Source of the DNA: a virus
DNA length: 32,462 bases
UHGV virus genome: UHGV-0221239
Direction: 5' to 3' (one strand)
The notes beneath the pieces were generated by a model. That model saw nothing but the letters and a program-made list of their open reading frames with translations. It ran no database searches and was not told where the DNA came from. Numbering within the stretch: the first letter of the stretch is position 1; the number at the start of each line of letters is the position of its first letter. The translations under genes were made by a program, and so were the position numbers. Shown here piece by piece: positions 1 to 11,484 of the stretch.

Positions 1-299
1 GGACGGGCATCATCCTCCGTCATGGCACCGAGAAAATCATTCAGCGTACCGGGTCGGGAATCTTCATACACGGTGATGGTCCCGGCATGTGACGGCGGGA
101 ATCCTTCCACCAACAGAATAACGCTGTACTGACCGTACTCAACGTCCATGCTGTAACGCCCGGCTTCATCCGGATTTTCTGAGGCCAGCGTGTTCACCAC
201 CACCGTGGTGCTGTTACGTTTTGCTTTCAGCTGGATTGTGCAGTTCTGTACCGGTTTTCCTGTGCCGTCTTTCAGTACACCTGAAATCTTTACTGCCAT
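1..299 (-). CDS. stf: Side tail fibre protein Stf, N-terminal 99 codons; gene continues past the window start
   Basis: Minus-strand translation from ATG at 297-299 reads MAVKISGVLKDGTGKPVQNCTIQLKAKRNSTTVVVNT..., matching my recollection of the lambda Stf N-terminus; sits downstream of lom as in lambda. Confidence 0.8.
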   Translation of the reverse strand, partial: MAVKISGVLKDGTGKPVQNCTIQLKAKRNSTTVVVNTLASENPDEAGRYSMDVEYGQYSVILLVEGFPPSHAGTITVYEDSRPGTLNDFLGAMTEDDAR

Positions 300-308
300 A
301 TTCACCCC

Positions 309-336
309 ACAAAAAAGCCCGCCTGAACAGGCGGGC
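309..336 (-). terminator. Rho-independent terminator downstream of lom
   Basis: GC-rich hairpin (gcccgcctg / caggcgggc, 2-nt loop) followed on the minus strand by a T-run (plus-strand A-run 311-316). Coordinates approximate to +/-2 nt. Confidence 0.6.
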
Positions 337-363
337 TGTCATAACACTGTGTTACCTGGCTAA

Positions 364-963
364 TCAGAACTTATAACCGACACCCACGATGAAACCGTCA
401 GTGCGCCAGTCGCCACTGCCGGAGCCTTCATAAGCAATATCAATGGCCACGGATTCGGTCGGGTTAAACTGCACGCCAGCTCCCCACGCCAGAGACGTGT
501 TGCTGTGGCGACCGTCATCACTTCCGGTCAGCACGTCGTGCGTTTTCCCCTTGTTGTCAGTTACGCGGAGATAATCCCCGGAGAAAGTCGACACACGGCT
601 GTAAGCCATACCCGCCATCGCATACGCGCTGAACCATTCATTCACGCGCACAGACGGCCCCACCATCACGCTGAACCAGCGGTTACGCACGGAATCTTCA
701 TGCCAGCGGGTATCGCTGTAACGGGTAAGCTGGCGATTCTTGTCTCCTGCATAGCTGAATGACGTCACCATCCCCAGTGTGTCCGTAAACTCATAACGGT
801 ATTTCACGTTAATCCCGTTCAGATCATCGCTGCCGGGAACGTTCGTCGAGGCATGAAGATACCCCGCGCTCAGCGTGGACTGATGTTCAGATGCCCATGC
901 AGGCGCACCGGATACGGCCAGACAAATGGCTGCGGAAAAAATGGCGGCATAAAGTTTACGCAT
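364..963 (-). CDS. lom: Lom outer-membrane protein (Ail/Lom family), 199 aa
   Basis: ORF with signal peptide ([24 protein letters not shown]) and C-terminus ...[26 protein letters not shown] typical of Lom; GAGAGG Shine-Dalgarno upstream; lies directly after J as in lambda. Confidence 0.85.
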
Positions 964-985
964 AATTACCTCTCGCTTTTCTGCA

Positions 986-1011
986 ATAAAAAAGGCACCA
1001 TTTCTGGTGCC
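986..1011 (-). terminator. Rho-independent terminator between J and lom
   Basis: Hairpin ggcacca-tttc-tggtgcc followed on the minus strand by a T-run (plus-strand aaaaaa 988-993). Confidence 0.6.
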
Positions 1012-1032
1012 CTTATATGGGTTATAACAATT

Positions 1033-4000
1033 TCAACGAATACTGATGCCGGAAGCGGCTTTTTTGGTCACAATCACCGTACAGTCGGTGATATTACCTG
1101 CCCGCTGATTGCCTTTATGGAAAACCTTAAACTCCAGAGTGACGCTTCCCCTGCCACTCGGCATATCAATAACCGCACTGTAGCTACCGGGAATGGCCCC
1201 TTTAGTTTCTCTGGATGCGATTAATACACCGTTTTTGCGAACTTCAAAACCATAACCCGTGTATCTTGTACCTCCCGGGTTATTACCACTTCCCGGATCG
1301 CTATACGCTATTCCGTTAAAGATAATGGGCGGAATAATGATTTGACGGTCAAAGTTATGATCATCGCTGATGGTGACTGTAACCGTCCCGTTTGGTGTTT
1401 CCGTATTACCCCACGTACCAGCCTGTTTCGGGAATGATTTGGATACAGCTTTAACGAAGTCACCTCTGACCTGAGTCGCCTCCAGCATGCCCTTAATCGT
1501 ACAGTTTTCATTTACCGTGACATTGTTGAGCGTCCCGGCGTTCGCATTCACACTGCCACTGATATCCGCATTTTTAGCGGTCAGCTTTCCGTCCGGAGTC
1601 AGGGAAAATGCCGGTGGATTTCCACCGCTGGTAATGGTGGGGGCCGTCAGGCGTTTCAGGAACACGTCGTTCATGAATATCTGATCGCCCTGACCAACAA
1701 ACATCGGTTTTGTGTTGCCATTCGCAGGATTAACCATCGCAATCCTGTCCGCCGCCAGCAGCACCTGACTCTGCATGCCGTCAGGGGTGTTCTCAATACC
1801 GGCACCAATACCCGCAATATAAAGGCGTCCGTCCTGCATCTGCTGCAGCTTCACAGCCCACATGCTGTTCAGGTTATTATTTGTATCAACCTGAACTTTC
1901 TGTATCTGCTGGATCGCTGCACTCTGGTCTTCCAGTTTCTTATTGACGGTCTGTGTGATTTCATTGCTGACATCCGTAATGGACGTCCTGATTTCAGCCA
2001 GGTCAGGCGCAAGCTGACCGTTATCAATCTGCGTCCACAGCTCCTGAGCCAGATGGGTTTTCCCTATCTCGCCTTTGAAAAAATCCAGATAGCCGGATGC
2101 ATCATCACTCGGCTGACCAACAGCCTCCACGAATGCCGATTTGCCAACGGTGTTCACACTGCGAACGTAAAAATAATAATCATGGCCCGGTTTGATATTG
2201 ATACTGGCGGCTATCCAGTACAGTGCCGTACCAAGATAACGCGCGCTGGTTTCAACCTGCCTGATATCCGCAATCCGTTTTTCCGAGAACCAGAACTCAA
2301 ACTGTACCGTCGGGTCATAAACCGCAAGATGCGGCGTGGCGGTTATCTGAAAATAGCCCGGCGTCAGCTCAATCCGCGACGGCGCTGCCGGTGCGGCAAT
2401 CCGGAACGATACCGACGCCGGATCGCCCTGCTGCCCCCACGCATTTACTGCCCGGACTGTCAGCCTGTAGTTCCCCAGAGCCAGTTGTGTGAAGCGGTAA
2501 GTGGTTTCCGTCGTCCGGGCCGTGCTGACCAGCCGCTCACGGCCGTCATCCGCTGCCACGGTCAGGCGAAGCAGGAAGCTCACGCCCTTCACCACCTTCG
2601 GCGTGTCCCAGCGGGCCAGCACCTGATATTCCCCGCTGTCTGCGGTGACTTCTGCGGTCAGGTGCTGCACCGCTGGCGGCGTGACACCATTTACCGTGCC
2701 GCTCTGGTCGCCGTCAAAGTGCGCCCCGTTATCCACGATGGCCTCTTTTTCCGGTACATGCTGCACGGCGGTGATGGCATACGTGCCGTCGTCGTTCTCA
2801 CGGATACTCACGCAGCGGAACAGGCGCTGGCGCAACGTCGGCAGCTTCAGCCCCCATACGCTGTATTCAGCAACGCCGTCAGGAACACGGCTCACTTTCA
2901 CCTTCACGCCGTCGGTGACGGACTGAACCTCCACGCTGACCGGACTCCCCTGCCCGTCAACCAGGCTTATCAGCGTGGTGCCGGAAGATGGCAGCGTGAT
3001 TTCACGGTCGAGCGTCAGCGTCCGGGTCTGGCTGTTTACCGCCAGCACGCGCCCGCCGGTGCGGATACCGGCATAGTCATCATCGCAGATTTCAATGACA
3101 TCCCCCGGTACATGGCGAAGCCCTTCGGCACCCACGCTGAAGTCCACGGTCTGCGTTTCCAGCAGTTCTGTTTTAATCAGCCACAGCCCGGCGCGGTGTG
3201 CCTGCCCCCGGCTGGTACAGCCAAAAGCATCCATCTTCGTGACGTTACGACCGTAACGGGCAATGGCCTGCGTGTCCTCCACAAGCTCTGTCGCCGTCTC
3301 CCAGCCGTTATTCGGGTCAATCCAGTTCACCTCAACGGCATTATGGCGGTCCTTCAGGGCGCTGAAGCTGTAGCGGAACGGCGCACCATCATCCGGCATC
3401 ACCACATTACTGCGGTTATAGGTCCACACCTTATCCGACGGTCGGTCCTGCACGAACGTCAGCGTCTGCCCGTTCCATACCGGCATACAGCGCATCGCAG
3501 AGCAGAAATCACTGAGCACATCCCACGCCTTGCGCTGTGTGGTCAGGTACGCATTACAGGTGATGCGCGGCTCCGTGCCGCCAAAACCGTCCGGCACCGA
3601 CTGATCGCAATGCTGGCCGATGACATACAGCGCCCATTTGTCCACATCCGCCGCACCAAGACGTTTCCCCATGCCGTAGCGCGGATGGGTCAGCATATCC
3701 CACAGACACCAGGCCATGTTGTTGCTGTATGCTGGCTTAAACGTTCCGTCCCAGATACCGCTGTATTGCCGCGTCTGCGGGTTATAGTTCGACGGCACCT
3801 GCAGAATGCGCCCGCGCAGATGATAATTACGGCTCACCTGCTGGCTGCCGAACTGCTCCGAGTCCACCTGCACGCCGACCAGTGCCGTGTTCGGGTAGCA
3901 CTGTTTCACATCGATGATTTCGGTGTATGACGACCAGAGCGTTTTGTTCTGCAGCTGGTCTGTGGTGCTGTCCGGCGTCATCCTGCGCATCCGGATATTA

Positions 4001-4530
4001 AACGGGCGCGGCGGCAGGTTATCCACCACCACCGAGGCCAGATACTGCGAGGTGGTTTTGCCCTTAATGGTGATGTCTTTTTCCGTCACCCAGCCACCAT
4101 TACGCTGTATCTGAACCAGCAGGCGAACTTCCGACGGATTCCGGTCCCCCTTTGAGGTGGTTTCCACCAGTGCCTGCACACCGAAGGTAAAGCGCAGTCG
4201 GTCGATGTTTGCCGACGTGATGGTGCGGGTGATCGGCGTGTCGTATTTCACTTCCGTACCCAGCACCGTCTCGGAGCCGGAGGATTCAAATCCCTCCGGC
4301 GGAGTCTGCTCCTGCTCACCAGCCCGGAACACCACCGTGACACCGGCGATGTTGGTATTCCCCTCACTGTCCAGCACCGGCGTACTGTTCAGCAGCACGC
4401 TTTTTAATCCATCCACCGGACCTTCAATCGGCCCTTCACTGATGGCATCAATCACACTCAGCAACTGCGTGGATTTCAGGTTGTCCTTCGCTTCGCGCGG
4501 GGTATGCCCCTTACTGCTGCCTTTACCCAT
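1033..4530 (-). CDS. J: Tail tip / host specificity protein J, 1165 aa
   Basis: Long ORF beginning [54 protein letters not shown]..., recalled as lambda J; position after I. Confidence 0.95.
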   Translation of the reverse strand: MGKGSSKGHTPREAKDNLKSTQLLSVIDAISEGPIEGPVDGLKSVLLNSTPVLDSEGNTNIAGVTVVFRAGEQEQTPPEGFESSGSETVLGTEVKYDTPITRTITSANIDRLRFTFGVQALVETTSKGDRNPSEVRLLVQIQRNGGWVTEKDITIKGKTTSQYLASVVVDNLPPRPFNIRMRRMTPDSTTDQLQNKTLWSSYTEIIDVKQCYPNTALVGVQVDSEQFGSQQVSRNYHLRGRILQVPSNYNPQTRQYSGIWDGTFKPAYSNNMAWCLWDMLTHPRYGMGKRLGAADVDKWALYVIGQHCDQSVPDGFGGTEPRITCNAYLTTQRKAWDVLSDFCSAMRCMPVWNGQTLTFVQDRPSDKVWTYNRSNVVMPDDGAPFRYSFSALKDRHNAVEVNWIDPNNGWETATELVEDTQAIARYGRNVTKMDAFGCTSRGQAHRAGLWLIKTELLETQTVDFSVGAEGLRHVPGDVIEICDDDYAGIRTGGRVLAVNSQTRTLTLDREITLPSSGTTLISLVDGQGSPVSVEVQSVTDGVKVKVSRVPDGVAEYSVWGLKLPTLRQRLFRCVSIRENDDGTYAITAVQHVPEKEAIVDNGAHFDGDQSGTVNGVTPPAVQHLTAEVTADSGEYQVLARWDTPKVVKGVSFLLRLTVAADDGRERLVSTARTTETTYRFTQLALGNYRLTVRAVNAWGQQGDPASVSFRIAAPAAPSRIELTPGYFQITATPHLAVYDPTVQFEFWFSEKRIADIRQVETSARYLGTALYWIAASINIKPGHDYYFYVRSVNTVGKSAFVEAVGQPSDDASGYLDFFKGEIGKTHLAQELWTQIDNGQLAPDLAEIRTSITDVSNEITQTVNKKLEDQSAAIQQIQKVQVDTNNNLNSMWAVKLQQMQDGRLYIAGIGAGIENTPDGMQSQVLLAADRIAMVNPANGNTKPMFVGQGDQIFMNDVFLKRLTAPTITSGGNPPAFSLTPDGKLTAKNADISGSVNANAGTLNNVTVNENCTIKGMLEATQVRGDFVKAVSKSFPKQAGTWGNTETPNGTVTVTISDDHNFDRQIIIPPIIFNGIAYSDPGSGNNPGGTRYTGYGFEVRKNGVLIASRETKGAIPGSYSAVIDMPSGRGSVTLEFKVFHKGNQRAGNITDCTVIVTKKAASGISIR

Positions 4531-4590
4531 TCGTCACGCTCCATAAACGACAAAACCGCCCGCAGGCGATTTCACATAAAATGTTTTGCA

Positions 4591-5262
4591 TCAGCGACCA
4601 ATCACCACAACCTGACCACCATCCCCTTCGTCTGCCGTGCTGATCTCCTGAGAAACCACCCGTGACCCCACGCGCATTTCACCGTACAGAACAGGCAGAA
4701 CATTGCCTTGGGCAACCATGTTATCCAGTGAGGAGAAATAGGTGTTCTGCTTACCGTTATCCGTTGTCTGTGTACGGGGAGTTCTGGCTTTCGGTGCCAG
4801 CATCTGCGCCACACCACCAAGTACCATACTGGCACCGAGAGAAAACAGGATACCGGTCATACCACCGGCCCCAATGGCTGCCCCCCATGCTGCAAGGGTG
4901 GCTCCGGCAGTAAAGAATGATCCGGCAATGGCGGCAGCCCCCAGAACAATCTGGAATACGCCACCTGACTTGGCCCCGGCGACTCTGGGAACAATATGAA
5001 TCACAGCGCCATCAGGCAGAGTCTCATGTAACTGCGCCGTTAACCCGGACGTGCTGACGTCCCGCCCGGCAATCCGTACCTGATACCAGCCGTCGCTCAG
5101 TTTCTGACGAAACACCGGGAGCTGTGTGGCCAGTGCGCGGATAGCTTCAGCCCCCGTTTTCACACGAAGGTCGATGCGGCGGCCAAATCGTTGCAAATCC
5201 CCGTAAAGGCAGATGCGCGCCATGCCCGGTGACGCCAGAGGGAGTGTGTGCGTCGCTGCCAT
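4591..5262 (-). CDS. I: Tail assembly protein I, 223 aa
   Basis: ORF MAATHTLPLASPGMARICLYGDLQRFGRRIDLRV...; start overlaps the 3' end of K as in lambda. Confidence 0.9.
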   Translation of the reverse strand: MAATHTLPLASPGMARICLYGDLQRFGRRIDLRVKTGAEAIRALATQLPVFRQKLSDGWYQVRIAGRDVSTSGLTAQLHETLPDGAVIHIVPRVAGAKSGGVFQIVLGAAAIAGSFFTAGATLAAWGAAIGAGGMTGILFSLGASMVLGGVAQMLAPKARTPRTQTTDNGKQNTYFSSLDNMVAQGNVLPVLYGEMRVGSRVVSQEISTADEGDGGQVVVIGR

Positions 5263-5903
5263 TTGTCGGTATACCTCTCTCGTTTACTCAGTTGTTCAGG
5301 AATATGGTGCAGCAGCTCGCCGTCACCACAGTAAATGGCAGCATGATTCGGCACCGATGAACCAAAACAACACAGCAGCACATCGCCCGGTTGTGCTGAT
5401 GACAACGGCACCTGATACAGCCCTGTGGCCTCCAGATTATCCAGATAGAGATTCTGACCGTGACGCCACCAGTCATCCTCGCGATGAAAATCCGGCATCT
5501 CAATCCCCGCCAGATGGTAAGCATCCCGGAACAGCGTGTAACAGTCCGTCACCCCGTGCTCAAAGCGCCGCCCGGTGAGATGCGGCACACAGCGGAACTT
5601 ATGAATCGTCCCCCGGCAGACCAGCCACCACGGCAAATCACTCTGCACCTGCAGCCGCCGGTCGGCCTCACTCAGCCTGGGCAGACCACCGGGGTGGCTG
5701 TGGACCAGCGCCACAATCTCACCCTGCATTTCTGCCTGCAGCCAGTCTTCCGGCGACATACGGAAATACGCCTCCGGCTCACCGGAGATATTCACGCAGG
5801 GGAAATATCTTTCCCCCTCCGGCGTGCTTACCACGAAGCCGCACGACTCCGCTGGCGCACATCGCCGAGCGTGCGCCAGAATCGCTGATTCTGTCTGTGT
5901 CAT
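5160..5903 (-). CDS. K: Tail assembly protein K (NlpC/P60-like), 247 aa
   Basis: ORF MTQTESAILAHARRCAPAESCGFVVSTPEGERYF...; position between L and I. Confidence 0.85.
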   Translation of the reverse strand: MTQTESAILAHARRCAPAESCGFVVSTPEGERYFPCVNISGEPEAYFRMSPEDWLQAEMQGEIVALVHSHPGGLPRLSEADRRLQVQSDLPWWLVCRGTIHKFRCVPHLTGRRFEHGVTDCYTLFRDAYHLAGIEMPDFHREDDWWRHGQNLYLDNLEATGLYQVPLSSAQPGDVLLCCFGSSVPNHAAIYCGDGELLHHIPEQLSKRERYTDKWQRRTHSLWRHRAWRASAFTGICNDLAAASTFV

Positions 5904-5908
5904 GGGAT

Positions 5909-6607
5909 TTACTGCGAAAGTTTGTTAATGGAAAGGAAGCCGCCAAAGTTGCCGACATTATTGCGAAACTTACAGCCACTCAGGCATTTGCTGCATTTAT
6001 CCTTCGTGATATCGGACGTCGGCTGGTCATATTCATCCACGACCGCCGGACCGTTATAACCGCACTCATCACCGCGATAGGTCCAGGTGCAGGTATTAGC
6101 CAGCATGATGCGCCCCGGAAAAACGGCACCATCCGTTTCAGTCGGCGTGGACAGTACAAAGGAGGCACTGACCGCGCTCAATTCGCTGCACTGCTCGATG
6201 CGCCAGCGGCTAATCACCTCCTGCTCCGGATCGGCGTCGCTGTTTCCGTTGACGAAGTTCACCGCATCCAGAAAACGGGCATAAACCTTACGCCTGACCA
6301 CCGTTCCGCCGACCAGACTCTGCAGATCTTCCGCCATCCCGGTGACCATGCCATACAGGTTAGAAACCGTCAGCGTGGGGCGCGTACTGGTGCCTTTGCC
6401 ATTCAGTTCGAAACCACTCCCCTGAATGGGATACGCCTGATACTGTCGCCCCTGCCAGGTGACCGGCTCACCTTTTTCGTTCTGCTCATTACAGAAAAAA
6501 TAACGTTCTCCACCGACCTCTGTCAGGTCGATTTCCCATAGCACCACGCTGGCCGACTGCTCCGCACGGGTGCATTCATTCAGTGTTTCCTGCCGGATAT
6601 CCTGCAT
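5909..6607 (-). CDS. L: Tail tip assembly protein L, 232 aa
   Basis: ORF MQDIRQETLNECTRAEQSASVVLWEIDLTEVGGERYFFCNEQNEKGEPV..., recalled as lambda L. Confidence 0.9.
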   Translation of the reverse strand: MQDIRQETLNECTRAEQSASVVLWEIDLTEVGGERYFFCNEQNEKGEPVTWQGRQYQAYPIQGSGFELNGKGTSTRPTLTVSNLYGMVTGMAEDLQSLVGGTVVRRKVYARFLDAVNFVNGNSDADPEQEVISRWRIEQCSELSAVSASFVLSTPTETDGAVFPGRIMLANTCTWTYRGDECGYNGPAVVDEYDQPTSDITKDKCSKCLSGCKFRNNVGNFGGFLSINKLSQ

Positions 6608-6936
6608 CAGTTCACCACCTGTTCAAACTCTGCGCTGAACTCAACACGCAACATACTGACCCGCGACGACCATTTTGCGCAGGTCACCTTTATCTGCCGC
6701 CACTCATAAGGCGGCGTCCACAGAAAGGATTTCCAGCCCCCGTGCTCTTCCAGAAACGACTCCAGTACCGTGGCCTCCTCACGGGGGACAGAAAGCGTCA
6801 CGCTGTACGTTTTCAGGTTGGCATTCAGCCCGGCAGGCGCTCGCTGAGAATAGCCATCACCAAAGCGCACCTTTCTTACAGAAGGGACCGAAGCCACATC
6901 CATACCGGGTTTCACTTTCCAGCGGAAGGTCTTCAT
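6607..6936 (-). CDS. M: Tail tip protein M, 109 aa
   Basis: ORF MKTFRWKVKPGMDVASVPSVRKVRFGDGYSQRAPAGLNANLKTYSVTLSV...; start overlaps the end of H. Confidence 0.9.
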   Translation of the reverse strand: MKTFRWKVKPGMDVASVPSVRKVRFGDGYSQRAPAGLNANLKTYSVTLSVPREEATVLESFLEEHGGWKSFLWTPPYEWRQIKVTCAKWSSRVSMLRVEFSAEFEQVVN

Positions 6937-9494
6937 CGTCCACCTCCGGAGAACAGGCCACCATCACGCATCTGTGTCTGAATTTCATCACGGGCACCCT
7001 TGCGGGCCATGTCATACACCGCCTTCAGAGCAGCCGGACCTATCTGCCCGTTCGTGCCGTCGTTGTTAATCACCACATGGTTATTCTGCTCAAACGTCCC
7101 GGACGCCTGCGACCGGCTGTCTGCCATGCTGCCCGGTGTACCGACATAACCGCCGGTGGCATAGCCGCGCATCAGCCGGTAAAGATTCCCCACGCCAATC
7201 CGGCTGGTTGCCTCCTTCGTGAAGACAAACTCACCACGGTGAACAATCCCCGCTGGCTCATATTTGCCGCCGGTTCCCGTAAATCCTCCGGTTGCAAAAT
7301 GGAATTTCGCCGCAGCGGCCTGAATGGCTGTACCGCCTGACGCGGATGCGCCGCCACCAACAGCCCCGCCAATGGCGCTGCCGATACTCCCGACAATCCC
7401 CACCATTGCCTGCTTAAGCAGAATTTCTGTCATCATGGACAGCACGGAACGGGTGAAGCTGCGCCAGTTCTGCTCACTGCCGGTCAGCATCGCCGCCATA
7501 TTCTGTGCAATACCATCAAAGGTCTGCGTGGCTGCACTTTTTACCTGCGACATACTGTCCGTGGCGCTCTCTTCCCACTCACTCCAGCCGGACTTCAGGC
7601 CTGCCATCCAGTTCCCGCGAAGCTGGTCTTCAGCCGCCCAGGTCTTTTTCTGCTCTGACATGATGTTATTCAGCGCCAGCGGATTATCGCCATACTGTTC
7701 CTTCAGGCGCTGTTCCGTGGCTTCCCGTTCTGCCTGCCGGTCAGTCAGCCCCCGGCTTTTCGCATCAATGGCGGCCCGTTTTGCCCGTTGCTGCTGTGCG
7801 AATTTATCCGCCTGCTGCGCCAGCGCGTTCAGGCGCTCCTGATACGTAACCTTGTCGCCAAGTGCAGCCAGCTGGCGTTTGTACTCCAGCGTCTCATCTT
7901 TATGCGCCAGCAGGGATTTCTCCTGTGCAGACAGCTGGCGACGTTGCGCCGCCTCCTCCAGTACCGCGAACTGACTCTCCGCCTTCCACAAATCCCGGCG
8001 CTGCTGGCTGATTTTCTCATTTGCTCCGGCATGCTTCTCCAGCGTCCGGAGTTCTGCCTGAAGCGTCAGCAGGGCAGCATGAGCACTGTCTTCCTGACGA
8101 TCGCCCGCAGACACCTTCACGCCGGACTGTTTCGGCTTTTTCAGCGTCGCTTCATAATCCTTTTTCGCCGCCGCCATCAGCGTGTTGTAATCCGCCTGCA
8201 GAATTTTCCCGTCTTTCAGTGCCTTGTTCAGTTCTTCCTGACGGGCGGTATATTTCTCCAGCGGCGTCTGCAGCCGTTCGTAAGCCTTCTGCGCCTCTTC
8301 GGTATATTTCAGCCGTGACGCTTCGGTATCGCTCTGCTGCTGCGCATTTTTGTCCTGTTGACTCTGCTGCTCAGCCTTCTTTCGGGCGGCTTCAAGCGCA
8401 AGACGGGCCTTTTCACGATCATCCCAGTAACGCGCCCGCGCTTCATCGTTAACAAAATAATCATCCTTGCGCAGATTCCAGATATCGTCCGCTTTCTTAA
8501 ACGCGGCCTCTGCCTTAATCAGCATCTCCTGCGCGGTATCAGGACGACCAATATCCAGCACCGCATCCCACATGGATTTGAATGCCCGTGCTGTCCTGTC
8601 TGCCCAGGTTTCCAGCGTGCCCATGTTCTCTTTCAAGCGTCGGGTCTGGTCATCAAACCCTTTCGTTGCGGCCTCGTTCGCCGCCTGCAATGCCCCGGCT
8701 TCATCGCCGGAACGCTGCAACTGAGCAACATACGCAATCTGCTCCGCCGTCACGTTATGGAACTGGCGTGCCATCGCCGTCAGCCCCGACGTCGGGTCTG
8801 TGGTCAGCTTCCCGAAGGCTTCAGCGACCTTGTCCACCTCCACGCCGGATGCAGAGGAGAAACGCGCCACACTCTGGCTGATGGACGCAATCTGAGCCTC
8901 ACCGCTTACCCCCGCCTTAACCAGTGCGCTGAGTGACTCGCTGGTCTGGTTAAACGTCAGCCCTGCCGCCTGCCCGGCTCTGGACAGGACCAGCATACGA
9001 TCTGCCGTCAGTCCCGCCTGATTGCCGGAAAGGACCAGCGTTTTGTTGAAATCGGACAGGGTTGAGTTGCCCTGATACCAGGCATACGCCAGCGCTCCGG
9101 TCGCCACCGCCAGCGAGGTAGCCCCCACCATCGGCAGGGTGATCGCACCGGCAAGCCCCCGGAACATGGGGATCATCCCGCCGAAGGAGTCCTTCACCTG
9201 ACCCCCCTGTTGCAGCAGGATCAGCCACGGGCTTTGCCCGCCTGCAAGCTGCGTGGCCACGTCGGTGAACTGTGCAGGCAGCATACGCATGGCGGCTTTA
9301 TACTGTCCGACGGAAATCCCCGCTTTCTGTGCAGCCAGCGCCTGCCGGTTCATTGACTGTTCAACGACTGCCGCTGTTTTTTTCGCATCACTTTCCGTAC
9401 CGGAAAAATGACGCCTGACTCTGGCCATCTGCTCGTCAAATCTGGCCGCATCCAGACTCAAATCAACGACCAGATCGCCTACCGGTTCAGCCAT
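6933..9494 (-). CDS. H: Tail tape measure protein H, 853 aa
   Basis: 853-aa ORF, Ala/Gln/Glu-rich coiled-coil centre and glycine-rich C-terminus; directly downstream of the G/T frameshift pair. Confidence 0.95.
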   Translation of the reverse strand: MAEPVGDLVVDLSLDAARFDEQMARVRRHFSGTESDAKKTAAVVEQSMNRQALAAQKAGISVGQYKAAMRMLPAQFTDVATQLAGGQSPWLILLQQGGQVKDSFGGMIPMFRGLAGAITLPMVGATSLAVATGALAYAWYQGNSTLSDFNKTLVLSGNQAGLTADRMLVLSRAGQAAGLTFNQTSESLSALVKAGVSGEAQIASISQSVARFSSASGVEVDKVAEAFGKLTTDPTSGLTAMARQFHNVTAEQIAYVAQLQRSGDEAGALQAANEAATKGFDDQTRRLKENMGTLETWADRTARAFKSMWDAVLDIGRPDTAQEMLIKAEAAFKKADDIWNLRKDDYFVNDEARARYWDDREKARLALEAARKKAEQQSQQDKNAQQQSDTEASRLKYTEEAQKAYERLQTPLEKYTARQEELNKALKDGKILQADYNTLMAAAKKDYEATLKKPKQSGVKVSAGDRQEDSAHAALLTLQAELRTLEKHAGANEKISQQRRDLWKAESQFAVLEEAAQRRQLSAQEKSLLAHKDETLEYKRQLAALGDKVTYQERLNALAQQADKFAQQQRAKRAAIDAKSRGLTDRQAEREATEQRLKEQYGDNPLALNNIMSEQKKTWAAEDQLRGNWMAGLKSGWSEWEESATDSMSQVKSAATQTFDGIAQNMAAMLTGSEQNWRSFTRSVLSMMTEILLKQAMVGIVGSIGSAIGGAVGGGASASGGTAIQAAAAKFHFATGGFTGTGGKYEPAGIVHRGEFVFTKEATSRIGVGNLYRLMRGYATGGYVGTPGSMADSRSQASGTFEQNNHVVINNDGTNGQIGPAALKAVYDMARKGARDEIQTQMRDGGLFSGGGR

Positions 9495-10325
9495 ACCGGA
9501 CTCCTCCTGCGATCCCTTCTGATACTGTCATCAGCATTACGTCATCCTCCGTCATGTCCGCCACATCCGGGGAAGCGGGGATAACTTCATTCCCGTCCGG
9601 GCCAAAGCGGACGCCTCCGGCAAGCCCTGCCGCTTTCTGCATCAGCACATCATCTTCAGGCTCTTCGTCAGCCTCGCGCCGGTTCAGCAGACTGAAATCC
9701 AGCGGATGCATATCCGGATCGCTGAAAAACAGGCTGAGTACGGTGTACGTCAGCCCGGAAAAGTGCATATCCAGCAGAACATCATGAAAATAATGGGTAC
9801 TGTAAAAGCGGTGCCAGTCGGCATACTCCGTGGATGACATCCCGGCAAGCATGGCGCGCCAGTCGGGTCGCCCCATCTCACGCGCCAGTTTCAGGGCAAA
9901 ACTCAGCTCACCGTCGAACACTTTCCCGCAGAAACAGGCTCTGCTGGCCCGGCGTCATCTGCCTGTTCAGGTGCATCATTCACAACAAACTCAGACATAC
10001 CGGACAGACGCATTACCACATTTTCAGCCTGAGCAATTGCCTCTGTGGGCCAGGTGGTAAGCACTTCCTGCTCAATTTGTTTAACGGCTTCATTCATGGA
10101 CGGCATCTTTGTCTTCTGCGGATGGCTATGCCACAGGGACATCGCCACCAGAAAAGCACCGGTTCTGACGAGATCTTCCACGCTCACCTGTCGATTGAGA
10201 CTGGATCCCGCCTGTTCTGCCTGTCGTTTCAGCAGGGCGAGATGCTCAATTCGCTGCAGGGCTGACAGTTCAGAAAGCGTGACGCTCACACCGTTATATT
10301 CAAATGATTCGGTTTTCAGGAACAT
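9487..10325 (-). CDS. T: Tail assembly chaperone G-T fusion, made by programmed -1 frameshift from the G frame into the T frame
   Basis: G ORF (9903-10325) and overlapping -1 frame ORF (9487-9921) joined at the heptamer G GGA AAG; the shifted frame reads GKVFDGELSFALKLAREMGRPDW..., exactly the T ORF in the track. Confidence 0.8.
9903..10325 (-). CDS. G: Tail assembly chaperone G, 140 aa
   Basis: ORF MFLKTESFEYNGVSVTLSELSALQRIEHLALLKRQAEQAG...; ends ...AGKCSTVS just after the slippery site. Confidence 0.9.
   Translation of the reverse strand: MFLKTESFEYNGVSVTLSELSALQRIEHLALLKRQAEQAGSSLNRQVSVEDLVRTGAFLVAMSLWHSHPQKTKMPSMNEAVKQIEQEVLTTWPTEAIAQAENVVMRLSGMSEFVVNDAPEQADDAGPAEPVSAGKCSTVS
9921..9927 (-). 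other. Programmed -1 ribosomal frameshift slippery heptamer (G GGA AAG on the minus strand)
   Basis: Plus-strand ctttccc at 9921-9927 is GGGAAAG on the coding strand, 16 nt before the G stop; the -1 frame continues into the 144-aa T ORF. Confidence 0.75.
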
Positions 10326-10340
10326 CGCTGACTCTCCGGA

Positions 10341-11081
10341 TTAACTGTCGGTGACGGTGATTTCTGCAACCACAGCAAGTTCACCATTACCGGATACAAC
10401 CGGAATGTTGACCTTGCCTGCAGCAACACCTTTCACGGTGATGGTCATACCACTGACCGACACGGTGGCTTTTGTTTTATCCGCAGACACCGCACGGAAG
10501 CTCTTGTCGGTTGCGCCTTCCGGCTGGAATGCCACGGTCAGCGTGGTGCTCTGCCCTTTCACCACCGAAGTGCTGGCAGGCGTCACGGTCATGCCGGTTG
10601 CCGCTGTTACCGTGCTGCGATCTTCTGCCATCGACGGACGTCCCACATTGGTGACCTTCACCGTGCGGGTAATCACTTCCTTCGCCGTCACCGCCTTACC
10701 GATACTGCTGACCCAGCCACGGAACACATCGACCGTGCCGTTCGGGAAGCGGATTTTATAGGCACGGGTATCACCTTCATTAAACCACGCCAGCAGCGCC
10801 TGCTGCCCCTGCTCTCCGGGCATCCACGCCAGCGTGAAGCTGGTATCTCCGGCAGATTTCTGCCCCTGCCCGGTCGCAGTCCAGTCTGCATCTTTATCAT
10901 CGAGATAGCTGTCGTCATAGGACTCAGCGGTCAGTTCGCCGGGCGTCAGGTCTTTAACTTTTGCCAGACGCGACCAGTCAACGTCTGAAAGCGGGTTCGC
11001 ATAAGGGTCACCGCTCCCCTTATAAACCCACAGGGTGGTCCCGGCACCTTTCACCGGCATTGTAGGATTTGGTACAGGCAT
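10341..11081 (-). CDS. V: Major tail tube protein V, 246 aa
   Basis: ORF in the track starts 10 codons upstream; start refined to [26 protein letters not shown]..., which has a GAGGA Shine-Dalgarno; C-terminal Ig-like region. Confidence 0.9.
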   Translation of the reverse strand: MPVPNPTMPVKGAGTTLWVYKGSGDPYANPLSDVDWSRLAKVKDLTPGELTAESYDDSYLDDKDADWTATGQGQKSAGDTSFTLAWMPGEQGQQALLAWFNEGDTRAYKIRFPNGTVDVFRGWVSSIGKAVTAKEVITRTVKVTNVGRPSMAEDRSTVTAATGMTVTPASTSVVKGQSTTLTVAFQPEGATDKSFRAVSADKTKATVSVSGMTITVKGVAAGKVNIPVVSGNGELAVVAEITVTDS

Positions 11082-11088
11082 AGCGTCC

Positions 11089-11484
11089 TCACATTTCATA
11101 GGTAATGACATAAGTCAGATCGGCTGAACTCCACAGGCCCGCATCATCGTCGCGCCGGTAGTCATAGCCACTGGCCACCATACTGGTGATCAAATCTGAC
11201 AGTGCCGGGATATCGCTCATCACCGGATAAATCCGGGACTCCATCCACGCATCCAGCTCTGAATCCGGCACCTGAGCAGGCAGGAAAACTTCAATATGCA
11301 GCTCCGCCTGCCAGGTATCGCTGTCCAGCTCTTCGCCCGTGTATTCAGCGCCGGTGAGATAAACGGCAATTGCCGGAAAATCTTCCTCATCAAAAACAGC
11401 GGGGCGACCATCAAAAAGCGTCGCCCCGGTGTCATGCTTCTCCAGTGCATCCAGTACGGCTGCACGGAGTTCAGTATGTTTCAT
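11089..11484 (-). CDS. U: Tail terminator protein U, 131 aa
   Basis: [53 protein letters not shown]...; lambda gene order. Confidence 0.9.
   Translation of the reverse strand: MKHTELRAAVLDALEKHDTGATLFDGRPAVFDEEDFPAIAVYLTGAEYTGEELDSDTWQAELHIEVFLPAQVPDSELDAWMESRIYPVMSDIPALSDLITSMVASGYDYRRDDDAGLWSSADLTYVITYEM

Noticed and set aside
2053-3930. 625-aa plus-strand ORF, and the other long plus-strand ORFs across 500-19900 (for example 7324-7842, 8358-8936, 14938-15429, 18495-19262)
   Set aside because: All lie antisense to well-supported structural genes in GC-rich DNA, have Arg/Pro/His-rich low-complexity translations and no ribosome-binding sites; they are shadow ORFs.
1033-4530. J protein length (1165 aa) as evidence for an altered receptor-binding domain
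   Set aside because: I cannot reliably recall the reference J length or C-terminal sequence without alignment, so no host-range claim is made.
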